The notes beneath the pieces were generated by a model that was given only the letters and a program-made list of their open reading frames with translations, ran no database searches and was not told the origin of the DNA. A program made the position numbers and the translations under genes. This document shows, one piece after another, positions 29,062-37,868 of a stretch of 64,000 nucleotides of DNA (positions are counted from its first letter, which is position 1; each line of letters starts with the position of its first letter). The stretch comes from Frankiales bacterium (lineage in GTDB: Bacteria; Actinomycetota; Actinomycetes; JAFAQI01). Location of the stretch: NCBI GenBank assembly GCA_025980325.1, contig JAICXQ010000003.1, positions 18,798-82,797 of the forward strand. Direction: 5' to 3'.

Positions 29062-30051
29062 ATGGCGAAGTCACTACACCGTCGTGTCGTCGGACGTGCA
29101 GGTCGTTCCCGACTGGCCATCGTGGCCGCAGGCCTGACCGTCCTCGCGCCGGTGCAGATCGCCGCGCACGCGTCAGGCGGAACGACGACCGGCGCAGACC
29201 TGCAGATATCGGGCTCGGCCAGCAACGGCGGGCCGGCTCCGGGTGCCGCGTTCACGTACACGTTCCAGGTCAAGAACGCCGGGCCGCAGACCGCAACCGC
29301 CGCAACGTTCACCGACCCGCTCAACGGCGGCGTCGCGATCAGCTCGGCAGCAGTGAACGGCAACGCCGCTGCCTGCTCGACGACGACCGACGTCAACGGG
29401 CTGGTCACCATCGGCTGCAGCCTCGGCGACATGGCCAGTGGCAGCCAACTCAACGTCGTCGAGAACGCCACCGCGCCGACCGTCAACGGCACCTACGTGA
29501 ACGCCCCGTCCGTGCAGTCGAGTCTGACCGACCCGAACGCCGGCAACAACAACGTCGCGGTCGATATCAAAGTCAGCGGCGCGGCACCACTGGTCAACGG
29601 CCCGTGCGTCAGCATGACCACGCAGAATCCGCTGCCGCTTCTGCAGAACTTCACGCTGGTGACGCTGAAGGCGACGATCACGAGCTGCTCCGCGCTCACC
29701 CAATCCAATCTCGCCGTCGCCTTCAACGGCGGCAGCGGGCTCGACGGTTACGTGTTCACCTGCAACGCGCCACAGGATCTCGTCACCGGACTAGCAGGGA
29801 GCTACACGCTCACACCCGGTGCGTCCACCACCGCGACCTGCAAGAACCTCGGCAGCGTCAACGCGACCCAAGGCGCTCTGGGCCCGACGGCCAGCGGCAC
29901 CGGAACAGCAACCCTCTACGCGGACTGCGAGAGCAATCTTCTGTCCGTCAGCAGCAACTTGCAGTCCCCCTGCACCGATGTGTTGGCAACCGGCACCTAT
30001 GCCTGGTCGGTGAACGTGCCCGTCGTACTGCCACCCAATGGCAATCACTGA
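29062..30051 (+). CDS. Secreted DUF11-domain protein
   Basis: ADLQI, FTYTFQVKNAGP, DPNAGNN. Confidence 0.8.
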   Translation: MAKSLHRRVVGRAGRSRLAIVAAGLTVLAPVQIAAHASGGTTTGADLQISGSASNGGPAPGAAFTYTFQVKNAGPQTATAATFTDPLNGGVAISSAAVNGNAAACSTTTDVNGLVTIGCSLGDMASGSQLNVVENATAPTVNGTYVNAPSVQSSLTDPNAGNNNVAVDIKVSGAAPLVNGPCVSMTTQNPLPLLQNFTLVTLKATITSCSALTQSNLAVAFNGGSGLDGYVFTCNAPQDLVTGLAGSYTLTPGASTTATCKNLGSVNATQGALGPTASGTGTATLYADCESNLLSVSSNLQSPCTDVLATGTYAWSVNVPVVLPPNGNH

Positions 30052-30107
30052 CGACGCGTTACGAGGACGCTGCGGCACATGCGCGGATGAAAGAACGGCG
30101 CGCGGGC

Positions 30108-30314
30108 CTACAGCGCGGAGCGATCCGGATTGCGCCGACCATCAGCGGTGTAGGGCGGCGTCCACCCTTTGCTGGCGTAATAGCGATTCAGGCGTGGCCG
30201 CATCGACCGCGGGACCCATCGCACACCTGGTCCCGGCCCGCCCCGGCGCAGGCTTGTCACCGTCAACACAGCCAGCACGAGCAGGATCGACATCACTATC
30301 CAGGTCATGGTCAT
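30108..30314 (-). CDS. Small membrane protein
   Basis: N-terminal TM; ATGA coupling. Confidence 0.45.
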   Translation of the reverse strand: MTMTWIVMSILLVLAVLTVTSLRRGGPGPGVRWVPRSMRPRLNRYYASKGWTPPYTADGRRNPDRSAL

Positions 30315-30451
30315 CGCGACCCACGTCGTTTGAGTAACGACAGGATCGTGCCGGCCACGATCACCGCGGCGATGACGAAGAACATCACCATGAACGCCGT
30401 TCCACCGTGGCCGGTCGTACTGTTCGGCGACATCGCGACAATTGACCACAT
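30311..30451 (-). CDS. Small membrane protein
   Basis: Single TM. Confidence 0.4.
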   Translation of the reverse strand: MWSIVAMSPNSTTGHGGTAFMVMFFVIAAVIVAGTILSLLKRRGSR

Positions 30452-30500
30452 GCCTCCGGTCTTCCCGGCTATCAACGACCGGTAACGCCGTCGCGAGGGC

Positions 30501-31031
30501 TTGACCTCGCTCCGGGCTAGGAGGACCGTCGCCGCCATAACGGAGACGCCCACCTTCGACGGCACCGGTGCGGTCGCGGTCGCCGCCGACGCGGAAGTCT
30601 TCGAGCTCGGCGACGCAATGCTGCAACTGCTGTTGGACGCGAGCCACACGGGCGGCGCCCTCTCGGCTCACCGATGCCGACTGCCCGATGGAATGGTCGG
30701 AGCCGGCCCGCACCAGCACTCGAGGGCGTCGGAGTTGTTCTACGTGCTGTCCGGCACAGCTGATGTGCTGGTCGGGCCGCGACTCATCCGTGCCGGCGAA
30801 GGCGACCTCGTCGTCGTGCCCCCCAACTCGGCGCACGCCTTCGCCGCCGCCCCCGACTGCAACGCCGAACTGTTCATCGTCATCACTCCAGGCGTCGAAC
30901 GGTTCGAGTTCTTCCGCAGTCTCGTGCGAGTGCGTACCGGCGAGCTGGACATGGCGACGTTCATTGCGTCCCAGGCCGCCTACGACATCTACCCCGCCGA
31001 CGCCGGGCCCTGGAGCGCCCGAACAACGTAG
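30501..31031 (+). CDS. Cupin domain protein (start uncertain)
   Basis: PHQH..ASELFYVLSG, GDLVVVPP..AHAF. Confidence 0.85.
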   Translation: MTSLRARRTVAAITETPTFDGTGAVAVAADAEVFELGDAMLQLLLDASHTGGALSAHRCRLPDGMVGAGPHQHSRASELFYVLSGTADVLVGPRLIRAGEGDLVVVPPNSAHAFAAAPDCNAELFIVITPGVERFEFFRSLVRVRTGELDMATFIASQAAYDIYPADAGPWSARTT

Positions 31032-31079
31032 GTCTGCACGAGACGACCGCAGCGCCGATTCAGATCGCTGCGACTCCGG

Positions 31080-33461
31080 TCAACCGGCCGGGTCGGAGAG
31101 GCTTGGCGGCGCGGCTGACGAATCCGTGGCCCAATCGGTGGCGGTCGCGGCGAGAGTGAAGGCCAGTGTCCGGCGGCTGTGCAGGTCGCCGTTGGCCAGC
31201 CACGTCTTGCCGAGCGGCGCCGCCGCACTCCGGCCGGGTTGGGTGAGCGTCGCGGCTGCGACGTACTGGTCGATGCTGCTCGAGCCGGGCGCGTCGATCG
31301 TGAACCGCGGACCGGAACTGCCGGGGCCGTTGATGACGACGTTGCTGAAGATCGGCGTCGAAAGCTCCCACGCGTCGACCCCGGGCTGGGCCTGGTACAG
31401 CCCGATCGCGGACAGCACATAGGCGGCGCTCATCGTGCCCGCGTCGTCGTTGCCGGGCAGCCCGTACGGCGTCGCGTTGAACACGGCCGTCGCCGCGCGC
31501 ACGACCTGCTCGGTCTTCGACGGCTCGCCGAGCCAGTCATAGAGCCACGGCGCCTGCAGGTCGGTTTCGTTCGCCGGCGTGTACTGGTTGCCGGCGTAAT
31601 AGATGCCGAACGCGCTCGCGTGCTGCTGCGCGAGCGGTACGGCCGGCGCGGCCTGCTGGTCGACCAGCGTCGAGAAGAACTCGTCGAGCCGCTGCTTCAT
31701 CGTCGTGTCACCGAGCGTTTCGTCGAGACCGCGGACGTCCTGCGGGACCAGCCATTCGTATTGCCAGCCGGTCCCTTCCTGGTAGCCGTCCTGAAAGTCC
31801 GGGTCGTACGTCGACACCGGACCCTCTGTCGTCGGGTTGGCCCACGAACCGTCGGACATCCGCGGCCGGAGGAACTTCGAGCCGTCCTTGTCGTACAGGC
31901 TCTTCCAGTAGCCGGCCCGAACGGTCATCTCGTCGACCTGCGCAGTCGTGCCGTAGGTGCTCGCGAGTGCCGCGACCGCTGCGTCGTCGATCGCGTACTC
32001 GAGCGTGACCGCGGCGCCACGGTCACTGTGGTCGAACGGGATGTAGTGCAGCGACAAGTAGTCGGGCAGGTCGCTGCGCGGTGAGCCGCCCGGCGGCGGG
32101 TCGGTGGTGGCCTGCCGGTAGATGGCGTCGTACGCGCGTTGCGCGTCGGCACCGGTGAGCGCACCGTCGGTCACGAGCGTGGCGAGAGTGGGAGTGCCGG
32201 AGTCGCCGCCCATGATCGAGTAGTCGCGATTGCCGCGAACCCACTTCGGGATGACGCCGCCGTTCTGATCGGCGTCGTCGAGCAGCGAGATGCCGACGTC
32301 GTGCGCCACGTCCGGCGCGACGAGGGTGAGCAGCGGCGTCTGCGTGCGGTACGTGTCCCACAGCGACAGGTCCGTGTAGTGGTGCTCGCCGGCCGCGACG
32401 GCATGGACGGCGCCGTCGAACCCGAGGTAGCTGCCGTCGGCGTCGTCGTACGTCGTCGGCATCAGCAGCGCGTGGTAGAGGCACGTGTAGAACGTCTGCT
32501 GCTCGTCGGCGGTGCCACCGGTGACGTCGATGCTGTGCAGCCGCGCGTCCCATTGCTGTTGCGCGTCGTCTTTGACGGTGTCGAAGCCGGTGCCGTCGGG
32601 CGCCTCGGCGTCAAGGTTGGCGGCGGCCTCCGCCGGGCTGGTGTAGCTGACGCCGATCCGTACGCCGACGCTCTGGTCCTGAGTGGTGTCGAAGCCGACC
32701 CAGCCACCGGCACCCCGCCCGGCGGCTGCACCGGCACCGGGCTCGAGACCGCCCGCGTCGGACCACGTGCCGTGCGCGGTGAACGGCCGGTCGAACCGGG
32801 CGGTGAAGTAAATGGTGACGCCGCCGGAGCCCGGCACGTCGACGTCGCCGGTGACGGTCCGATCGTCCGGGATGGTGATGTCGCCGGTCTGCGTCGTGCC
32901 GTTCGGTGCTTGGTTGCTGTCGTTGTCGCGGGTGACGTCGAGCAGCAGGTTCGCCTGCGTCGTGGCCGGGAACGTGTAGCGCTCGACCGCCGTGCGAGTG
33001 GTGGCGGTGAGCTCGGCGCGCGTCTGGTAGCGGTCGAGGGTGACGGCGTAGTAGCCGGGCGCCGTGGTCTCCTCGGCGTGGGAGAACGGGCTGGCCCAGT
33101 CGGCCGGATTCGCACTGGTGACGGCGCCCGTCGTCGGCATGAACGGCAGCTCGCCGCCGATATGGATCCCGGCGCCGGAGAAGTGCGTCAGCGCGAAGCC
33201 GCGGATCTCGGGGTCCTGGTAGGCGTAGCCGACGTAGTTGACCGGCTCGTCGCCGAGCGGTGTCGTGGTGGCCGGGCCGGGCGTCACCATGCCGAAGGGC
33301 ACGCCGGCGGCCACGGTCGGGAAGCCGGCGCCGAGGGAGCCGGCGAGCGGGTTGACCAACGCCAGGTGGCTGCTGGCTGCACCCTCGGAGACAGCGGGTA
33401 GGACGCACGCCATCGCGACGGTCGCGGTCGCGGTGATGATCGGCAGGAGCCTCGGGTGCAT
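31080..33461 (-). CDS. Secreted GH92 alpha-mannosidase
   Basis: PFGMV, FALTHFSGAG, SLWDTYRT, VTLEYA.DD, YQEG..WQY.W, GNDDAGTMSA. Confidence 0.93.
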   Translation of the reverse strand: MHPRLLPIITATATVAMACVLPAVSEGAASSHLALVNPLAGSLGAGFPTVAAGVPFGMVTPGPATTTPLGDEPVNYVGYAYQDPEIRGFALTHFSGAGIHIGGELPFMPTTGAVTSANPADWASPFSHAEETTAPGYYAVTLDRYQTRAELTATTRTAVERYTFPATTQANLLLDVTRDNDSNQAPNGTTQTGDITIPDDRTVTGDVDVPGSGGVTIYFTARFDRPFTAHGTWSDAGGLEPGAGAAAGRGAGGWVGFDTTQDQSVGVRIGVSYTSPAEAAANLDAEAPDGTGFDTVKDDAQQQWDARLHSIDVTGGTADEQQTFYTCLYHALLMPTTYDDADGSYLGFDGAVHAVAAGEHHYTDLSLWDTYRTQTPLLTLVAPDVAHDVGISLLDDADQNGGVIPKWVRGNRDYSIMGGDSGTPTLATLVTDGALTGADAQRAYDAIYRQATTDPPPGGSPRSDLPDYLSLHYIPFDHSDRGAAVTLEYAIDDAAVAALASTYGTTAQVDEMTVRAGYWKSLYDKDGSKFLRPRMSDGSWANPTTEGPVSTYDPDFQDGYQEGTGWQYEWLVPQDVRGLDETLGDTTMKQRLDEFFSTLVDQQAAPAVPLAQQHASAFGIYYAGNQYTPANETDLQAPWLYDWLGEPSKTEQVVRAATAVFNATPYGLPGNDDAGTMSAAYVLSAIGLYQAQPGVDAWELSTPIFSNVVINGPGSSGPRFTIDAPGSSSIDQYVAAATLTQPGRSAAAPLGKTWLANGDLHSRRTLAFTLAATATDWATDSSAAPPSLSDPAG

Positions 33462-33518
33462 GCCGCTGGGTTCGCCGCCGGCCGCCAACCTCCTGTCCCG
33501 GCCAAGTTGCCCGGTCGT

Positions 33519-34763
33519 TCAGCCGTTGGGCACCGGCATGTCGGTGCCCGCACCCGCGCACCAGCCGGCGCCGAGCACGGCCTGATTGCTCCAGAGCGAC
33601 TGCACCGGGAAGTTGGTGCCACGGTTGCCGCGGATGTTCGCGGCCGAGCCCGGCTCACCCGGAGTGTCCATACCGACGTAGGCGCACTTGTCGCCGTTCT
33701 CGTTCGCGTCAAACGGGTCGTACCAACCGCCGACCGCCGTGCCGTTGGGCAGGATGTCTTCCGCGCCGGGATCGGTGACCGTCTCTTCGATCTCGTGGCC
33801 CAGAGCAATCGTGACCGGGTCGAGCTTGCCGCGCGGGCCGGAGTTGACCAGGTTGGCGCCGCAACTGCTCGCCATGTTCAGGATGTAGGGCATGTTGGTG
33901 TAGGAGATGCCGCTGCGGATGTTGTTGTAGACGCCGCCCTGCAGCACCGGCTCGGTGTAGTCGTGGAACGCGCAGTAGCCCGAGGACTGCGCGATCGGGT
34001 CGCTGTAGTTCTGCGGTTGAGCGATGACGAAGTCGGCGTCCGCGAGGTCCCCGACACGGAAGTGCCCGACCGCGCGGGCCGCTTCCTGCGCGAGTTGCCG
34101 GTAGATGCCGCTGCCGTCGCCGTTCGTCTTCGCCTTGTCGAGGTTGCCGGAGTCGTCCACCCAGATGCCGCCGAGCTGGTTGCGCGGGTTCGTGATGTGC
34201 CGGCCGGCGGAGTCGTAGTACTGCGTCTGCAGGCCGGCCCATGCGGTGCCACCGAGCTGGGAGATGAAGTCGGCCATCAGCTTGCCGGTGCCGTCGGGGT
34301 CGCACTTCAGCGTCGCGGCGCGCAGGCCCGGCTCCGCGACGCGCTCACGCGCGCAGTCCGCGTTGAACGCGCCTTCGCGTCCCCAGCCCCACAAGACCAG
34401 ATAGATCTTGGGCTTGAGCTGCACGTGCCCGCCCCAGTAGGCCATGTTTCCCGGATAGGGCTGACCAACGGCCGGGAACTCCGGCAGCCCGCAGTTCGAG
34501 AACGGGCCCGGCAACTTCCCGCTCTCCGGGCACGGCGGCGCCGGCGGGTTGTACGACTGCGCCGTACGAAACGCCCGGCTCCACTGGTTGCCGACTGTCG
34601 GCAGCAGGATCGGTCCGGCCTTCGCCGGCGACGCGACGTGCACGTGTTGTTTCGACACCGGCGCGGATGTCGACGTTGCCCACGCCGCCGGTGCACCAAC
34701 TAACAGAACTACCAGCAGCGCCAGCCGCGTCGTGACGCGCCTCGGCAGTGCATTCATCGTCAT
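33519..34763 (-). CDS. Secreted conserved protein (Phi-1/EXORDIUM-like motifs)
   Basis: YCAFH, HEIEETVTDP, GWYD..ENGDKC, VQSLWSN. Confidence 0.65.
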   Translation of the reverse strand: MTMNALPRRVTTRLALLVVLLVGAPAAWATSTSAPVSKQHVHVASPAKAGPILLPTVGNQWSRAFRTAQSYNPPAPPCPESGKLPGPFSNCGLPEFPAVGQPYPGNMAYWGGHVQLKPKIYLVLWGWGREGAFNADCARERVAEPGLRAATLKCDPDGTGKLMADFISQLGGTAWAGLQTQYYDSAGRHITNPRNQLGGIWVDDSGNLDKAKTNGDGSGIYRQLAQEAARAVGHFRVGDLADADFVIAQPQNYSDPIAQSSGYCAFHDYTEPVLQGGVYNNIRSGISYTNMPYILNMASSCGANLVNSGPRGKLDPVTIALGHEIEETVTDPGAEDILPNGTAVGGWYDPFDANENGDKCAYVGMDTPGEPGSAANIRGNRGTNFPVQSLWSNQAVLGAGWCAGAGTDMPVPNG

Positions 34764-34907
34764 CTCCGCGCCCTTCGCGATTTCGCCACGCCTCTTGGTC
34801 ACTCACTCCTACGCGGCCACGCGCATTTCGCAACGTGAGCAGATGCATCGCGCAAATCACAGCGGGAGTCGAAGAGACAGGCCGCACCGAGCGTCGTACA
34901 AGCCGAC

Positions 34908-34951
34908 CGCGCCAGGATGTCGCCAACCTCAGGACAACCCGTTGCTGGCGC
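34908..34951 (+). promoter_or_regulatory. 11-bp phased heptamer array (site F)
   Basis: CGCGCCA/GTCGCCA/CAGGACA at 34908/34919/34930; 34919-34951 matches 35480-35512 at 26/33 positions. Confidence 0.6.
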
Positions 34952-35020
34952 AGGCACTTCCGTGGTTTCTGATAGATGGTCGAGCGATGCCTGCCGGGCG
35001 ATGGCTGGAGAGGACCCAGC

Positions 35021-35113
35021 ATGGACGCCGATCGGTTCTTCGCCAGCAAGTGGTCACGCGCGGTGCGACTGCGTCGACCACAGCCAGGTCTCCCGTTGCG
35101 AACAACACAGTAG
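35021..35113 (+). CDS. Putative 30-aa small protein MDADRFFASKWSRAVRLRRPQPGLPLRTTQ
   Basis: GGAGAGG 7 nt before ATG. Confidence 0.35.
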   Translation: MDADRFFASKWSRAVRLRRPQPGLPLRTTQ

Positions 35114-35156
35114 AGAGGCACTGGCGCGTGCGTCATCGTTCACTAGGGGAGAGCCG

Positions 35157-35453
35157 GTGAATCTGCGCGACCACCTCATCGACGCGTTGAATGAGGCCAA
35201 ACGAGCTCGCGACGCTGCCGTCGAGAAACTCGCGGTTGTCCTACCGCACCCGCGCACCGGACGTGCACGGCTCGTGGACGCCTCGGTTCTTGACACAACT
35301 CAACGGATCGCACTGTGGCGCTGCGAACACGCGCAGTTGGTGATCGACAGCCTGCAACACTGCATCTGGCTGCACGACTCATCGATGGCGGCCCCCTTTG
35401 ACGCCGTCGTCGCGGCCGACGCCGGCGGCCGCGCCCGCCATCCCTCGACGTGA
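35157..35453 (+). CDS. Hypothetical protein
   Basis: GGGGAG RBS then GTG. Confidence 0.5.
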   Translation: MNLRDHLIDALNEAKRARDAAVEKLAVVLPHPRTGRARLVDASVLDTTQRIALWRCEHAQLVIDSLQHCIWLHDSSMAAPFDAVVAADAGGRARHPST

Positions 35454-35468
35454 AGTCGTGGCACGCAA

Positions 35469-35512
35469 CCGGCCGCCGGGTGGCCAACTTCAGGCCAACT
35501 GGTTGCTGAAGC
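35469..35512 (+). promoter_or_regulatory. 11-bp phased heptamer array (site D) upstream of the IPT gene
   Basis: CCGGCCG/GTGGCCA/CAGGCCA at 35469/35480/35491, then in-phase GTTGCTG. Confidence 0.6.
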
Positions 35513-35591
35513 GGAGTTCGGACGTAGTTACTGGTGAATGTCTGGTGCAGGAGACATCTAGTCGGGGGTGACGCACGATCGAGGAGTAGCT

Positions 35592-37832
35592 ATGGCTCGA
35601 CGTCGGTTGTTCGTTCTGCTCGGCGGAATCGTCCCTCTCGCAGCATCGGGGCTGGCTCTCTCCGCGACCGCCGGTACCAATAGCGTCACAGCGGCGTCCG
35701 GGACGGCACTGCCGGAATTGGTCTCCGCGTCACTGTTCGGTGCGGCGCCGCCAGCGTCGGGCGCGTCGTCGTCATCGGGCGAGATTGTGCGATTCGTCTT
35801 CGACGAGGCCCTGGCGCAGCAGTCGCTCGTGGCCGCGGACTTCCACCTGGTCGGCTTCGACGCCGATTTGCGATTCGACGGGCAGAGCGTGTTGCTCGAA
35901 GACGGCGGCAAGTCGGCGCGGGTCACGTTCGGCACCGCGAGCGCGCCGGTGACGGCCGCGCAGCTGGCGGACATATCGCTCGCGAGCGTGTCGACCGGCG
36001 CCGTCTCCGATGCGGGCGGCAAGGTGAACCCACCGGGGAGCGTGCCGCTCGGCACGGCGCGGACGGTGCCCAACAAGCCCGGCGTCACCGTAGGCCCGGC
36101 GCTCGTGGACGTGAGCAGCTTCTCCAGCGCGCTCACCGATCCGACGCCCGACCCGACGGACACGCACGTGACGTTCCGGTTCGACCGACCGGCGTACGTG
36201 ACCTCGGGCAGCGGCGGCGGGTGGCATCTGGCGATGCAGGACGGCTCGACGATCACCTGCACGTACAGCTCGGGGTCGGGCACCACGACCGTGACGACGA
36301 CGTGTCCCAACCCTGGCACGCTGCCGATCACCGCGATCACTCCATCCCAGGTGACCCGGGCCTACGCCGACGCCGGCGTGGTCAGCACCGATCCGCAGAA
36401 CACCTCGCTCGCGGTGCCGCAGGGTGGCGTGAACGTCTTGCGCACCGTTGCGGTGACCGCGCCGCCGGCAGGCGCGCCGCCCCACCTGAGCACGGTGACC
36501 TATAAGCCGCGAGTAACCGTTTCCTCGGGATCAGGCCGTTCCCGGATCGCGGACGAGGTCGTGTACGGGTTCGACCAGCCGGTGACGCTCGGCACCGCTG
36601 CGCCGTGCGGGACGACGGTCGGCACGACCGCGGTGAGCACCGGCGCCTGCTTCGTCGTGTCCACGGGTGACTCCCGGCAGATCACGGGTGCCAACACTGC
36701 CAATTCCGGCCCCGTCGTGCCCAGCAATCCCCCACGCGTCGTCAACGACAGCACCGGCCAGCCGCGGCAGGTCGTCGTCACCGTGCCCGCCGGGACGGTG
36801 AACTCAGCCGTCGGGGTCGCCGTACAGCCTGGTGCGGTGTCCGCGGCCGGTGGCAGCAAGTCGGCCGGACAAGCTGATTCGCTCGACCAGGCGTTCCCGG
36901 ACGGTGGCGTGACGTTCGTTCCAGGAAACCTCGGGCTGGGCACGCACCTCGTCGCGATTCATGTCGACGACCAGTCTTCGCCGCTGCAGACGACGTACTA
37001 CTTCGACCGGGACCTGCGCGCCGGGGGAACCAAGCCGGTCGCGACCGACCTGTACCTTCTCGATGCCGACGGTACCCGGCTGCGCTGCGCGGCCGCGACC
37101 GAAGCCTCCGGTGGACCGACCGGCTCCAACAACTCGATCACGTGCACCAGTTACCAGGTCATCGGCACGGTCACCGGCGGCGCACTCGCCCCCACCGCGC
37201 CGGCCGGCGACGACGAGATCCTCGATGCGGTGACCGGCGCGATCGAGGCCGGCGCGGTCACCGCCAGCGACGGCGCACAGAACCCGGAAGACGCCGCGTA
37301 CGTCGACCAGCAGCCGGTGGTCAACGCCGTCCAACCGTCGCGCGGCCCGGCCACCGGCGGCACTCATGTGACGATCACCGGCACCGGGTTCGGCATCGTT
37401 CGGTCTGTGCACTTCGGCAGCACCAGCGCGACCAGTTACACGGTCGTCAGTCCGACCCAGATCAACGCCGTCGCGCCCCGACACGACCCCGGCGTCGTGG
37501 AAGTCACGGTTACGACGGTCACCGGCACCAGCGCTGCCACCGCGGGCGACGGCTACACCTACGTCACTCCGCCGCCGACCGTTACCGGCGTGAGTCCCCG
37601 GAGCGGCACCATCCGCGGTGGAACCCGGATCACCATCACCGGCACGAACTTCTATCAGGTCAAAGCGATCCACGTCGGCCGCACACCCATCACCCACTTC
37701 ACCGTCGTCAGTCCGGCACGCATTAACGCGGTAACGCCGGCGCACGGGTCCGGCGCGAATCACCTCACCGTCACGACGTCGTACGGGACCAGCCGCGCGA
37801 CGAGCCACGACGTGTACACGTACGAGCGGTAG
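35592..37832 (+). CDS. Secreted surface protein: four Ig-like repeats plus two IPT/TIG domains
   Basis: Signal peptide; repeated V.F.FD...GAV units; two P.V..V.P..G...GGT.VTITGT.F domains. Confidence 0.85.
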   Translation: MARRRLFVLLGGIVPLAASGLALSATAGTNSVTAASGTALPELVSASLFGAAPPASGASSSSGEIVRFVFDEALAQQSLVAADFHLVGFDADLRFDGQSVLLEDGGKSARVTFGTASAPVTAAQLADISLASVSTGAVSDAGGKVNPPGSVPLGTARTVPNKPGVTVGPALVDVSSFSSALTDPTPDPTDTHVTFRFDRPAYVTSGSGGGWHLAMQDGSTITCTYSSGSGTTTVTTTCPNPGTLPITAITPSQVTRAYADAGVVSTDPQNTSLAVPQGGVNVLRTVAVTAPPAGAPPHLSTVTYKPRVTVSSGSGRSRIADEVVYGFDQPVTLGTAAPCGTTVGTTAVSTGACFVVSTGDSRQITGANTANSGPVVPSNPPRVVNDSTGQPRQVVVTVPAGTVNSAVGVAVQPGAVSAAGGSKSAGQADSLDQAFPDGGVTFVPGNLGLGTHLVAIHVDDQSSPLQTTYYFDRDLRAGGTKPVATDLYLLDADGTRLRCAAATEASGGPTGSNNSITCTSYQVIGTVTGGALAPTAPAGDDEILDAVTGAIEAGAVTASDGAQNPEDAAYVDQQPVVNAVQPSRGPATGGTHVTITGTGFGIVRSVHFGSTSATSYTVVSPTQINAVAPRHDPGVVEVTVTTVTGTSAATAGDGYTYVTPPPTVTGVSPRSGTIRGGTRITITGTNFYQVKAIHVGRTPITHFTVVSPARINAVTPAHGSGANHLTVTTSYGTSRATSHDVYTYER

Positions 37833-37868
37833 CGCGCGGGGCCGCCCGCTGTGGAGCGGCGCCGGTGC

